DNA of 64,000 nucleotides, taken from the IMG/VR virus record IMGVR_UViG_3300024346_000005, one strand, 5' to 3'. Of this stretch, positions 46,248-56,080 are shown one piece after another; the first letter of the stretch is position 1, and each line of letters opens with the position of its first letter. This stretch comes from a virus (Duplodnaviria; Caudoviricetes). The notes beneath the pieces were generated by a model. That model had not been told where the DNA came from. It saw nothing but the letters and a program-made list of their open reading frames with translations, and ran no database searches. Both the position numbers and the translations under genes were made by a program.

Positions 46248-49165
46248 TGGCAGACATTAGAACTAATATCTTTGGTATTGGTGAGGTTTACGAACTCCAA
46301 AAGGAAGGGCAGTGGGTAGAAAGAAATAGAGAGTCTTATAGAGAGTTTGGGTATTTTGCAGGAGGTAATGATGGTGTAGTGGGATCTAGTTATAGTGGTG
46401 TTAATCGAATTGATTTTTCAAATGATACCGCAACATCAAATTCAAGAGCAATACTTGCAATCGAAGGTCGTTATCTTTCTGGGGTAAATAATAAAAATTA
46501 TGGTTATATGAGTGGGGAATCTAATCTGGGACTTTTCAATAAATTTAATTTTGCAAATGAAACTTCAACTAGTATTGGATATTTAGTACCTGGTACAAAT
46601 ATTGGATATACTGGTAATTTATCTAATCCTAATTTTGGTTATTTTTGTGGAGGAGATTACACTGTTCCTGGAGCAACAAGCACTGTAAGAAGAATTAATT
46701 TTTCAAATGATACTGCACTATTATCCAATAGAGGTAATCAAACACAAAATAGAAACTTATGTGCCGGAGCAGGAAATTCTAATTTTGGTTATTTAAATGG
46801 TTCAAGAAATAATCCACAGTCTTCTGTTGATCGTATTGATTATTCAAATGATAGTGTGCTGTGTCGTGTTCGTGGTCCAATGTCTTTTGGAACCGAACAT
46901 AGGGGTAATAAAGCAGGAAATTCAAATTTTGGGTGGTTTACTAATAGTTATTCTGCAACATATGTCCAAAGAATATCTTATGCAAATGATTTAGTTTCTG
47001 CTAGTGTTCGTGGAAATACAAATTCAACATATAGTGCTAATGATATAGGAAATGGTAATTTTTCTATTTGTTATAGAAGTGGTTCAAGTCCACTCGAAAA
47101 AGTTGATTATTCTAATGATACAGTTTTAGCATCCACAAGAGGTAATTTGCATCCACAAAGATTCGGAGAAGCATCTATGTGTGCATCATCATTCGGTGGT
47201 TCTCCTGTTTCGTATCTTGGAGCACCTTGGACTGCTACTGCTCCTTTTGGTTATTTTGGTGGTGGGAGAAATACTCAACTTTCTATTGTAGATCGCATAG
47301 ATTATACTAATGATACAACAACAGCATCAGTAAGAGGTCCATTAACTTTAGCAAGATATGGATTAGCAGCAACAGGAAATTCTAACTTTGGGTATTTTGG
47401 TGGAGGATTTAATAGTCCCCCTTTAGAATCTACAGTAGACCGCATAGATTATTCAAATGATTTATCATCTGCGTTATTAAAAGGTCCATTAACTATTGCA
47501 AGACATAGAATATCAGCAACTGGAAACTCCAACTTTGGATATTTTATTGGGGGAGGCACTGTAAATGGAAGTCAAAGATCAACTGTAGATCGTGTTAATT
47601 ATGTAAACGACAGTGTTGTTACATCATCTAGAGGTCCATTAAGTGCAATAAAAACTGCTGGATCTGCAACTGGAAACTCTAACTTTGGATATTATACTGG
47701 AGGAGTTGGAGCACCTGGAAATATTGCATTAACTATAACCGATAGGATGGACTATTCAAATGATACCTCAACATCTTCTTCCAGAGGACCATTAAATGCA
47801 GCAAGAACTTATATGTCTGCATCTGGAGCTCAAAATTTTGGTTATGTGTTTGGTGGGAGAGATGGTGCTAATAATAAATTATCTTCGATAGAAAGAATAA
47901 ATTATACAAATGATACTTCTACTGCAGCATTTAGAGGTAATCTTGCAACTGCTGACATGTTTAGAACTGGAGCAACAAGTAGTTCTAATTTTGGATATAT
48001 TGGTGGTTATGGGGATCCAGGACAATTCTCTACAGTAAATCGTTTGGATTATACAAATGATACTCAAACTGCATCTGTTAGAGGTCCATTAAGTTCAGCA
48101 AGATATGAGACTGCAGCATCATCCTCACAAGCATACGGAGGTGCTCCAAATACCACGGTGGATCCACTTCCTTCTTATATTCGTGCGGCAACAAAATGGA
48201 TTGATTCTAATACTTTAGACTTGCCATTTAAGAGAGTACTGGGGTCTTATGGGTATTTTTATGGAGGAATTACTTATTCTAATATTCATAGAATAGATTT
48301 TTCAAATGACACAACACTAGTAACTAGACCAATTCTAACTGCGAATCTTTCTACACAAGAATTTATGTGTGGATTTGGAAATAATAATTATGGATATGCT
48401 GCCGGTGGTGGAGCATTTTCCTATCCATCCACATCATTAATTCAAAGAATAGATTATAGTAATGATTCTTCATCATCTTCTATTCGTGGAAGCTTGAGTG
48501 TATCTAGAGGAGCAATATCAGGTTCTTTTTCAAATAATAACTATGGATATGTGGGGGGAGGATTCCAAACTGGTGTGGGTTTTAAAAGCACAGTTGATAG
48601 GTTAGATTTTTCAAATGATTTGAATACTGCTATAACCAAAGGAAGTTTATCTCTGGCAAGAAGTTCTATGTCTGGTATGGTTTTTGGAAATACATTTGGA
48701 TATTTTGGTAGTGGTGGATCTGGTGCAACTGCTAGTGGATATTTTGAAGGTGATACAACAATTATTAATAGAGTTTCATTTAGTAATGATATAATTACCA
48801 CACCATTAAGAGGAAAAATGACTGTCCAAAGGGGAAGATATGCAACATCATATAATAGTAACTATGGTTGGTTTGCTGGTGGTAGAGTTCCTGGTGCTCC
48901 AAATGGAGTTATAGTTACTTCAGTGGAAAGAATAGATTTTTCAAATGATTTGATAACAAATTCTACAAGAGGTTCATTAAATGAAGTTAAGAATTATTTT
49001 GCAGGAACAGGAAATGAAACATATGGTTGGTTTTCTATGGGAGAAGGAAGTTCCAAAATTGAAAGAATAAATTATTCTAACGATTTGGTTGCTGCAAGTA
49101 TAAGGCAGACAAATGCTCCATATGTTTCACTGTCAATAGGAACAACCAACGCAAGATCCTCATAA
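46247..49165 (+). CDS. Kelch-like repeat protein 1 (3 x 6 repeats)
   Basis: About 47-aa unit GNSNFGYFGGG...VDRIDYSNDT...RGPL..AR; ends TNARSS. Confidence 0.8.
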   Translation: MADIRTNIFGIGEVYELQKEGQWVERNRESYREFGYFAGGNDGVVGSSYSGVNRIDFSNDTATSNSRAILAIEGRYLSGVNNKNYGYMSGESNLGLFNKFNFANETSTSIGYLVPGTNIGYTGNLSNPNFGYFCGGDYTVPGATSTVRRINFSNDTALLSNRGNQTQNRNLCAGAGNSNFGYLNGSRNNPQSSVDRIDYSNDSVLCRVRGPMSFGTEHRGNKAGNSNFGWFTNSYSATYVQRISYANDLVSASVRGNTNSTYSANDIGNGNFSICYRSGSSPLEKVDYSNDTVLASTRGNLHPQRFGEASMCASSFGGSPVSYLGAPWTATAPFGYFGGGRNTQLSIVDRIDYTNDTTTASVRGPLTLARYGLAATGNSNFGYFGGGFNSPPLESTVDRIDYSNDLSSALLKGPLTIARHRISATGNSNFGYFIGGGTVNGSQRSTVDRVNYVNDSVVTSSRGPLSAIKTAGSATGNSNFGYYTGGVGAPGNIALTITDRMDYSNDTSTSSSRGPLNAARTYMSASGAQNFGYVFGGRDGANNKLSSIERINYTNDTSTAAFRGNLATADMFRTGATSSSNFGYIGGYGDPGQFSTVNRLDYTNDTQTASVRGPLSSARYETAASSSQAYGGAPNTTVDPLPSYIRAATKWIDSNTLDLPFKRVLGSYGYFYGGITYSNIHRIDFSNDTTLVTRPILTANLSTQEFMCGFGNNNYGYAAGGGAFSYPSTSLIQRIDYSNDSSSSSIRGSLSVSRGAISGSFSNNNYGYVGGGFQTGVGFKSTVDRLDFSNDLNTAITKGSLSLARSSMSGMVFGNTFGYFGSGGSGATASGYFEGDTTIINRVSFSNDIITTPLRGKMTVQRGRYATSYNSNYGWFAGGRVPGAPNGVIVTSVERIDFSNDLITNSTRGSLNEVKNYFAGTGNETYGWFSMGEGSSKIERINYSNDLVAASIRQTNAPYVSLSIGTTNARSS

Positions 49166-49192
49166 ATATCAAAAACTACATTATCACTCATT

Positions 49193-50239
49193 ATGACTAT
49201 ATCAGGTGCAACTGAAACTGCATATCAATATCTTAATCAATATTACACATTCCCAGAGAACATTATAGTTTCTCATCTTCCACAAGAACTTAAAGATTCA
49301 CAGAAACCAATCAAAATCTTGTGGGCCCATCATGCATACGATCAACAGGTATATCAAAACTTCTCTCACGAACAAGTTACTCATATCGTAGGACCCTCAA
49401 ACTTTGCGAAACAAACTCTACAACAGTTTCACAAAGTCCCACAAGAAAAAATTACAGTCATTCCAAATGGTGTAGATTCACAATACACCTATTCTAATCA
49501 AAAGAAAAAGCAACTGATCTATACTTCAATTCCTTATAAGGCACTTCCAGTTCTTGCATCAGTCATTCCATTAGTTCATTCAATTCATCCTGATGCAAAG
49601 TTTAAGATCTTTTCATCAATGTCTCTTTATGGACCACAGAATGATCCATACTTTGAACTCTACGATCATCTTAAGACTCTACCAAATGTAGAATACTCAA
49701 GAGCAATTGATAGAGAACAACTGATAACTCATTATCAACAATCAGCATTTTTCATATCCCCTTGTATCTGGGAAGAAACATTTGGTGTCTCAATGTGTGA
49801 AGCAATGAGATGTGGTGCTTATCCTATTGTCACGGACATTGGAGCATTAGAAGAAGTTGCTGGACCAAATTTAGCAACTGTGGTTCCTATTGAAGGACAA
49901 AGAACTGTAAAAGGATTTGAGGTCACCGAGAACTTTGTAAAACAGTTTGCAGAGGCAACCTGTGTTGCATTAGATTACTTTGATAAAGATAGAAAGACTT
50001 ATGATGAGGTCTCAAAGTCTTGTAGTGAGTGGGTTGTGAAGTCTTATGATTGGAAGACTATTGCAGGTATGTGGAAGGACCTTGTGAGGGTTCTGGAGAG
50101 ACATACAGTCACTTCTGGTAAGGGATTTGCAAATAAGATTGTAGAAAGAAAAGGTGAGACTTATGTAGAAGATAAGGTTGTGGATGTGGTTCCTACTACC
50201 ACAGGAAGTTATTTCAACTTCGCTAAATACAACAGATGA
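49193..50239 (+). CDS. GT4-like (GT-B) glycosyltransferase
   Basis: VIPNGVD, LIYTSIPYKAL, WEETFGVSMCEAMRCGAYPIVTDIGALEE. Confidence 0.85.
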   Translation: MTISGATETAYQYLNQYYTFPENIIVSHLPQELKDSQKPIKILWAHHAYDQQVYQNFSHEQVTHIVGPSNFAKQTLQQFHKVPQEKITVIPNGVDSQYTYSNQKKKQLIYTSIPYKALPVLASVIPLVHSIHPDAKFKIFSSMSLYGPQNDPYFELYDHLKTLPNVEYSRAIDREQLITHYQQSAFFISPCIWEETFGVSMCEAMRCGAYPIVTDIGALEEVAGPNLATVVPIEGQRTVKGFEVTENFVKQFAEATCVALDYFDKDRKTYDEVSKSCSEWVVKSYDWKTIAGMWKDLVRVLERHTVTSGKGFANKIVERKGETYVEDKVVDVVPTTTGSYFNFAKYNR

Positions 50240-50265
50240 ATAACATTTAGAGGATTTTGAGTTTT

Positions 50266-51195
50266 ATGTCTATTTTACCTGAAAACAGTCTTGGTTTTAT
50301 ATCTGTAGAAGAAGCAGTTGGTGATAAGGCAAGTGAATACTTGGGAAAAGCATTTGAGAATGTTTACAAGTTTCACGAAATTGATAAGGAACTAGCACAA
50401 GGAAGAACAAATTTTCAGTTAGAAAAGTTTGCTCTGTTAGAGACTTATACACTTGAGAGTGCTTATGAAAGTGTTCTCAAGTCTCGTCGTCAAATGGCAG
50501 AAGGTCTTATGAGTAAGCTGCTTGAGATGCAGGAGAAAGTAAGAGAATTTGAATACAAGTGGAACGAAGAAGATAAGACCAAACCAATTAAATGGGAATG
50601 CACTGGTGGTGGTCCTGGTGGTGGTGGTAAGAAACTTTGTTGGTTTGATTTAGACCAGATGCAACTAGAGCATTTCTTAAGGTCTAGTGAGCTTGAAGTT
50701 CGTGACCGTCTTTATCAAATGGAGCACCTTGATAAGATGCTTGCAGAACTTACCGAGCGTAATGGTGGTAAACCAGTAAGTAGAGAGCAATTCCTTGCGA
50801 ACGAAGAAAACTATTGGAAGGCAAGGTTCTCCGAGCAGATGTTAGATGAAGTTTTAGGTTCTCAAATCGGTTGTAGCATTGGTAACATTCACAGTGTTCG
50901 TAGGTCTACTGCTCCTGCATTGATAGATCAACGAAATCAATTCAACGAAGGTTTCCCATCACTTGGAGAAGCACTATCTTCTCCAGAAGGTCGTATGAAG
51001 TTTGTGAGTGAACTAGAGCAGAATGTGATTCGTGGTTATGAGGATGTAATGGGTGTTGATCTGGGTGCTGGTAATTACTTAAAACCAGAAGAACGCAGAA
51101 AACTTGTGGAACAGAAGATGGAAGCATTCCGTCAGTTTAATCTCAAAGGTTCCCCAGAAACTCAATCACAAATCAAAGGAATTGTAGAAGAATAA
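50266..51195 (+). CDS. hypothetical alpha-helical / coiled-coil protein
   Basis: Glu/Lys-rich 309 aa from ATG 50266. Confidence 0.7.
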   Translation: MSILPENSLGFISVEEAVGDKASEYLGKAFENVYKFHEIDKELAQGRTNFQLEKFALLETYTLESAYESVLKSRRQMAEGLMSKLLEMQEKVREFEYKWNEEDKTKPIKWECTGGGPGGGGKKLCWFDLDQMQLEHFLRSSELEVRDRLYQMEHLDKMLAELTERNGGKPVSREQFLANEENYWKARFSEQMLDEVLGSQIGCSIGNIHSVRRSTAPALIDQRNQFNEGFPSLGEALSSPEGRMKFVSELEQNVIRGYEDVMGVDLGAGNYLKPEERRKLVEQKMEAFRQFNLKGSPETQSQIKGIVEE

Positions 51196-51204
51196 GATTT
51201 TGAG

Positions 51205-51708
51205 ATGAGACAAAAAATTATAATCGTCGATAATTTTCTTGACGAACCTTTGACTTATAAAAACTCCAATCAATTAGGGCCAACGGAAGAGATCTCAAAT
51301 AAGATCTCTCATATTCTTCAATTCAATACTTCGATCATTCCGGCAGCAATCAATATTCCCGAAACAGAAATCACGGCAAATTATAACTTTGATTATATTG
51401 GTATTTTGTATCTTGACTTTCCAACAGAATGTGTGAATAAGACTGGTGTTTCCTTTTGGATACACAAAGAAACACAAGATGAAGAACTTCCAAATCAAAC
51501 TAAAATGAAATGGATGGGATTACAGAGTATGGAAGAGGTTGAGAAGTCTTATGATGTAAGTAAGAAAGAAAACTGGGAAAGTTATATGAATTACTTTGTA
51601 AAATATAATCGATTGATTTTATTTGATGCTCGATTGTTTCATTCTTATGGGAATGAGAGTGATTGTAGAAAGTTCTTGATAGAGATCCAGAAACTAAATA
51701 ATCAATAA
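51205..51708 (+). CDS. DUF6445-like 2OG-Fe(II) oxygenase-fold protein, apparently lacking HxD
   Basis: IIVDNFL, IGILYL, GVSFW, YNRLILFDARLFHS. Confidence 0.6.
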   Translation: MRQKIIIVDNFLDEPLTYKNSNQLGPTEEISNKISHILQFNTSIIPAAINIPETEITANYNFDYIGILYLDFPTECVNKTGVSFWIHKETQDEELPNQTKMKWMGLQSMEEVEKSYDVSKKENWESYMNYFVKYNRLILFDARLFHSYGNESDCRKFLIEIQKLNNQ

Positions 51709-51728
51709 TAGAGTTTTTGTGGATTATA

Positions 51729-54557
51729 ATGCCTAATAATTCTGGAGTATTTTCATTAAGTAGTTACTATGATAAAGATTTAAGTGGAAATATTCCCGAT
51801 AGAAGTAGGGAGGCATTTAGGGAGTATGGGTATTTTGGTGGTGGCGGAACACCTACAGTATCAACAGTAAATAGAGTTGATTACTCTAATGATACCACAA
51901 CCACATCTGTTCGTGGTCCATTAAGTGGAGCAAGAAGATATTTTGCAGGAACTGGCAATTCTAATTTTGGATATTTTTCTAGTAGTAATTCATCTATAGA
52001 TAGAATTAATTATTCCAATGATAATGCAATAACATCGGTGAGAGGTCCATTAAGTTTATATAGAAGTGATTTTGCGGCAACTGGGAATAATAATTTCGGA
52101 TATTTTGGTGCTGGATACACACCATCAGTTCCAAATGTGAGATCAATAGTAGATAGAATTGATTACTCAAATGATAATACAACTGCATTAGTTCGTGGTT
52201 CATTAAGTAAATCAAGATATGGGTTATTAGCAACAGGAAATTCTAACTTTGGTTATTATACTGATGGATATCCTGATGGATCTGCATTATGTGATAGAAT
52301 AAATTATTCAAACGATAGTGTTGTTGCATTAGTTAGAGGATCATTAATTCAATCTAAACAATATGGTGGTGCAACGGGAAATTCTAATTTTGGATATTTT
52401 GGGGGTGGACTAGGTGGAGGAACTTCTACTGAAAGATCTTCTATTTCACGGGTTACTTATTCAAATGATACAGTAACATCATCACCAAGAGGTCCATTAA
52501 GTTTATCAAGAAGAGCAGTAGCAGCAACTGGTAATTCTAATTTTGGTTATTTTGGTGGAGGAAATCCACAACCAGCAACACCAAGATATTCTACAATAGA
52601 TCGTATAGATTACTCTAATGATACAGTAACAGCATCATTAAGAGGTCCATTAAGTGTTGGTGTTGGTGATTTAGCAGCAACCTCCTCCTCCTCATTCGGT
52701 GGTTCTCCAATCTCACAATACGGAGTGTTTGCAAAACCTTTTGGGTATTTTGGAGGTGGTAATCTTCCTGGAAATGCATCAACAATAGATCGTATAGATT
52801 ATTCTAGTGATACTTCATCCGCATCAGTAAGAGGACGACTAACGCTAGCAAGATATGGTATGGGAGCAACGGGAAACTCTAACTTTGGTTATTTTGGTGG
52901 TGGTAATCCCACCACATCAATAATAGACCGCATAAATTATACTAACGATTTAGCAACAACACTGGTTAGAGGTGTATTGAGTTTATCAAAATCACAACAT
53001 TCTGCAGTAGGAAATCTTAATTTTGGTTATTTTTGTGGAGGGTTTCCTGCTAATTTATCATCAGTAGATAGAATATCCTATTCAAATGATACATCTATAG
53101 GATTACCTAGAGGTCCATTAAGTTTAGCAAGATTTGGACTAGCAGCAACAGGAACTTCTAATTTTGGATATAATGCTGGTGGATGGGCACCTAATGCAGT
53201 ATCAACAATAGATCGTATAAATTATTCAAATGATAATTCATCTGCATTAAATCGTAATTCTTTATTAAACAATGCATATTCATTAGCAGCAACAGGAAAT
53301 TCTAATTTTGGATATTTTTCTACTGGATATGTTGGACCAGCAGAAACTTCAATAATATATCGTCTTGATTATTCTAATGATACCACTGCAGTTTCTACAA
53401 GAGGACCATTATCACAAGGAAGAAGAGATTTAACTGCAACAGGAAATTCTAACTTTGGTTATTTTGGCGGAGGAATTCCTCAAGCAGGAAGTCCATTATA
53501 TTCAATAGTAGATCGTATAGATTATTCAAATGATACTGCAACAGCATCTGTAAGAGGACCATTGAGTTCCGCAAGAAGCTATGTAGCAGCAACCTCACCA
53601 ACCTCATTCGGTGGCGCAACAGACTTCCAACCAACTTCAACATTCTTTGATATTCAGTCAATGAGAAGAATTGAAGATACTACAAATGCCAGTGTGAAGA
53701 AGAGAGCACTGGGGTCTTATGGGTATTTTGGTGGTGGGGCAGGTCCAACAAATTACTCAACAATAGACCGTATAGATTATTCAAATGACTTAGCAACAGC
53801 AAGTGCAAGAGGTCCATTAAGTGCTGCAAGATATAGATTAGCCGCAACAGGAAATTCTAATTTTGGTTATTTTGGTGGTGGTGTTGGTAGTGCTTTAATA
53901 ACAAGAATTGATTATTCAAATGATATCTCTACTGCTACAAATAGAAACTCATTATCATCGGAAAAAGCAGCAACTGCAGCATCTGGAAATTCTAATTTTG
54001 GTTATTTTGGTGGAGGTGGAGGTATATCAAGAGTAGACCGCATAGATTACTCAAACGATACACCAATAGCATCGGTGCGAGGACCATTGAGTTCCGCAAG
54101 ATCTTATTTTTCAGCAACAGGAAACTCTAATTTTGGATATTTTGGTGGTGGTTTTCCTGGACCAGTATCAACAGTAGATCGTATAAATTATTCCAATGAT
54201 ACTCAAACAGCAAATGTTAGAGGACCATTAAGTTTAGCAAGAGCATTAGTAGCAGCAACAGGAAATTCTAATTTTGGATACTTTGGCGGTGGAACACCAG
54301 ATGGCACAACATTAGTAGACCGTATAGATTACTCTAATGATACTGCAACAGCATCTGTTCGTGGAGGAATTGGATCGAGAAGATACCATTCGGCAACAGG
54401 AAATTCTAATTTTGGTTATTTTGGTGGTGGTGGGGGACCAATAGCAACAGTGAACCGTATAGATTATGCTAATGATACAGCACAAGCAAGCACCAGAGGA
54501 CCTTTAAGTTTAGCAAGAGGAGATTTAGCAGCAACAACCAACGCCAGAAATTCCTAA
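51729..54557 (+). CDS. Kelch-like repeat protein 2 (3 x 6 repeats)
   Basis: Same repeat as 46247; ends TTNARNS. Confidence 0.8.
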   Translation: MPNNSGVFSLSSYYDKDLSGNIPDRSREAFREYGYFGGGGTPTVSTVNRVDYSNDTTTTSVRGPLSGARRYFAGTGNSNFGYFSSSNSSIDRINYSNDNAITSVRGPLSLYRSDFAATGNNNFGYFGAGYTPSVPNVRSIVDRIDYSNDNTTALVRGSLSKSRYGLLATGNSNFGYYTDGYPDGSALCDRINYSNDSVVALVRGSLIQSKQYGGATGNSNFGYFGGGLGGGTSTERSSISRVTYSNDTVTSSPRGPLSLSRRAVAATGNSNFGYFGGGNPQPATPRYSTIDRIDYSNDTVTASLRGPLSVGVGDLAATSSSSFGGSPISQYGVFAKPFGYFGGGNLPGNASTIDRIDYSSDTSSASVRGRLTLARYGMGATGNSNFGYFGGGNPTTSIIDRINYTNDLATTLVRGVLSLSKSQHSAVGNLNFGYFCGGFPANLSSVDRISYSNDTSIGLPRGPLSLARFGLAATGTSNFGYNAGGWAPNAVSTIDRINYSNDNSSALNRNSLLNNAYSLAATGNSNFGYFSTGYVGPAETSIIYRLDYSNDTTAVSTRGPLSQGRRDLTATGNSNFGYFGGGIPQAGSPLYSIVDRIDYSNDTATASVRGPLSSARSYVAATSPTSFGGATDFQPTSTFFDIQSMRRIEDTTNASVKKRALGSYGYFGGGAGPTNYSTIDRIDYSNDLATASARGPLSAARYRLAATGNSNFGYFGGGVGSALITRIDYSNDISTATNRNSLSSEKAATAASGNSNFGYFGGGGGISRVDRIDYSNDTPIASVRGPLSSARSYFSATGNSNFGYFGGGFPGPVSTVDRINYSNDTQTANVRGPLSLARALVAATGNSNFGYFGGGTPDGTTLVDRIDYSNDTATASVRGGIGSRRYHSATGNSNFGYFGGGGGPIATVNRIDYANDTAQASTRGPLSLARGDLAATTNARNS

Positions 54558-54586
54558 TAAATACCAACATAACATAATGAACCCCA

Positions 54587-55210
54587 ATGAGACGATCAAT
54601 CATCATACTTGACGATTTCCACGAGAACCCAGAAGAAGTAAGAAACTACGCAATATCTGCAACTTACTCTAAAGAAGAATCCTCAACATATCCAGGTCTC
54701 AATTCCACAACTGGTTTTCAAGAGGATACATTAAAGTTAAAGATCGAAACACTTCTACAAAAACCAATCAAACCATCAAATCCTTTTGGATACTTTAGAT
54801 ACTCTTGGAATACGGCAGATCAAGAGAACGAAAAACTACAAAAGTATCACGTAGATAATGGTTGGGAATGGGGTGGAGTTTGTTATCTATCCACACCAGA
54901 ACAACTCAAAGACAATCCAGATTCGGGAACACTCTTCGCAAGACACAAGGCACTCAAGATAGATTCAACACCTAGAACCAAAGAAGAAGCAGAAATCTTT
55001 GGTTATACTCATTATGATGAACTAAGACAATCAATCATTTATGGAGATGGATTGGATTTGAATAAATGGGAAACCTATGCTAGGATACCACCAAAGTTTA
55101 ATCGTTTAGTTTTATTCAGGTCTTGGATGTATCATAGTCATCATATCAACTTCGGTGAAATGAACCCAGCACAAAGTCGTTTAGTTCAATTATTCTTTTT
55201 TAATCTATGA
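54587..55210 (+). CDS. DUF6445-like 2OG-Fe(II) oxygenase
   Basis: IILDDFHENP, YHVD, WGGVCYL, KFNRLVLFRSWMYHS. Confidence 0.7.
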   Translation: MRRSIIILDDFHENPEEVRNYAISATYSKEESSTYPGLNSTTGFQEDTLKLKIETLLQKPIKPSNPFGYFRYSWNTADQENEKLQKYHVDNGWEWGGVCYLSTPEQLKDNPDSGTLFARHKALKIDSTPRTKEEAEIFGYTHYDELRQSIIYGDGLDLNKWETYARIPPKFNRLVLFRSWMYHSHHINFGEMNPAQSRLVQLFFFNL

Positions 55211-56052
55211 AATATGATATATCGTTCTTGGCAGGATTACCCAGAAGTGGTTCTACATTACTTCGTTCAATCCTCAATCAAAATCCTTCATTACACTCAG
55301 GACCAATTTCACCATCAGTAGAACTTCTATATTACACCGATAAGTACTTTCAGTCCAGTGAGATGTTACTGGCATCACCAAATCCACAAGGTTGCTATGA
55401 TGTTCTATCGAATATGATGGATCAATTCTATCACAATATAATGGAGCGAGAAGGCAAATCAAAAATCATAGAATTCAACAGAGCAATTCCAAATAACATT
55501 GAACGCTTTAGAACTTACATTAAAGAAGATATAAAAATTGTATGTCCCGTAAGAAGTATTCCAGAAATCCTTACAAGTTTTATTAGTTTGATTCATAGGA
55601 ATAGTGATAAGGTTTCTTTTGTAGACCAGTATTTGATTGATAATAAGATTAAAGTGAATGATGATACTCGTTGTGATTATTTGATGAGTGATTATGGAAT
55701 CGTAGGGCAGGCATTGTTTGCAATGAGTCGTCCTTATTTGAGAGGTGAAGAGAACTTATTGAAGATTGTGGAGTATGATGATTTGGTTGAGAGAACTGAT
55801 GAGGTAATGAGGGAAGTATATGACTTCTGGGAACTTGAAAAATATCAGCATACTTATGAGAACTTGGAGAATAAGTATCCAGAGAATGATGTCTTTCAGT
55901 ATAACTTGGAGGGTATGCATACTGTTGGTAGAACCATTAAGAAGACTTGTAAGAAACCAGAAGAAGTTTTAAGTGCTGAAATTATAGAAAAATATTCTGG
56001 TATGGAATACTGGAGATCTGATTGTTCCAATAATTATTACCTGACAATCTAA
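55207..56052 (+). CDS. sulfotransferase-family protein (paralog of 39739)
   Basis: FLAGLPRSGSTLL, VCPVRSIPEILTS, VEYDDLV. Confidence 0.85.
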   Translation: MKYDISFLAGLPRSGSTLLRSILNQNPSLHSGPISPSVELLYYTDKYFQSSEMLLASPNPQGCYDVLSNMMDQFYHNIMEREGKSKIIEFNRAIPNNIERFRTYIKEDIKIVCPVRSIPEILTSFISLIHRNSDKVSFVDQYLIDNKIKVNDDTRCDYLMSDYGIVGQALFAMSRPYLRGEENLLKIVEYDDLVERTDEVMREVYDFWELEKYQHTYENLENKYPENDVFQYNLEGMHTVGRTIKKTCKKPEEVLSAEIIEKYSGMEYWRSDCSNNYYLTI

Positions 56053-56080
56053 TAAATAATAAAAAGGTGTCTAGTATCTG

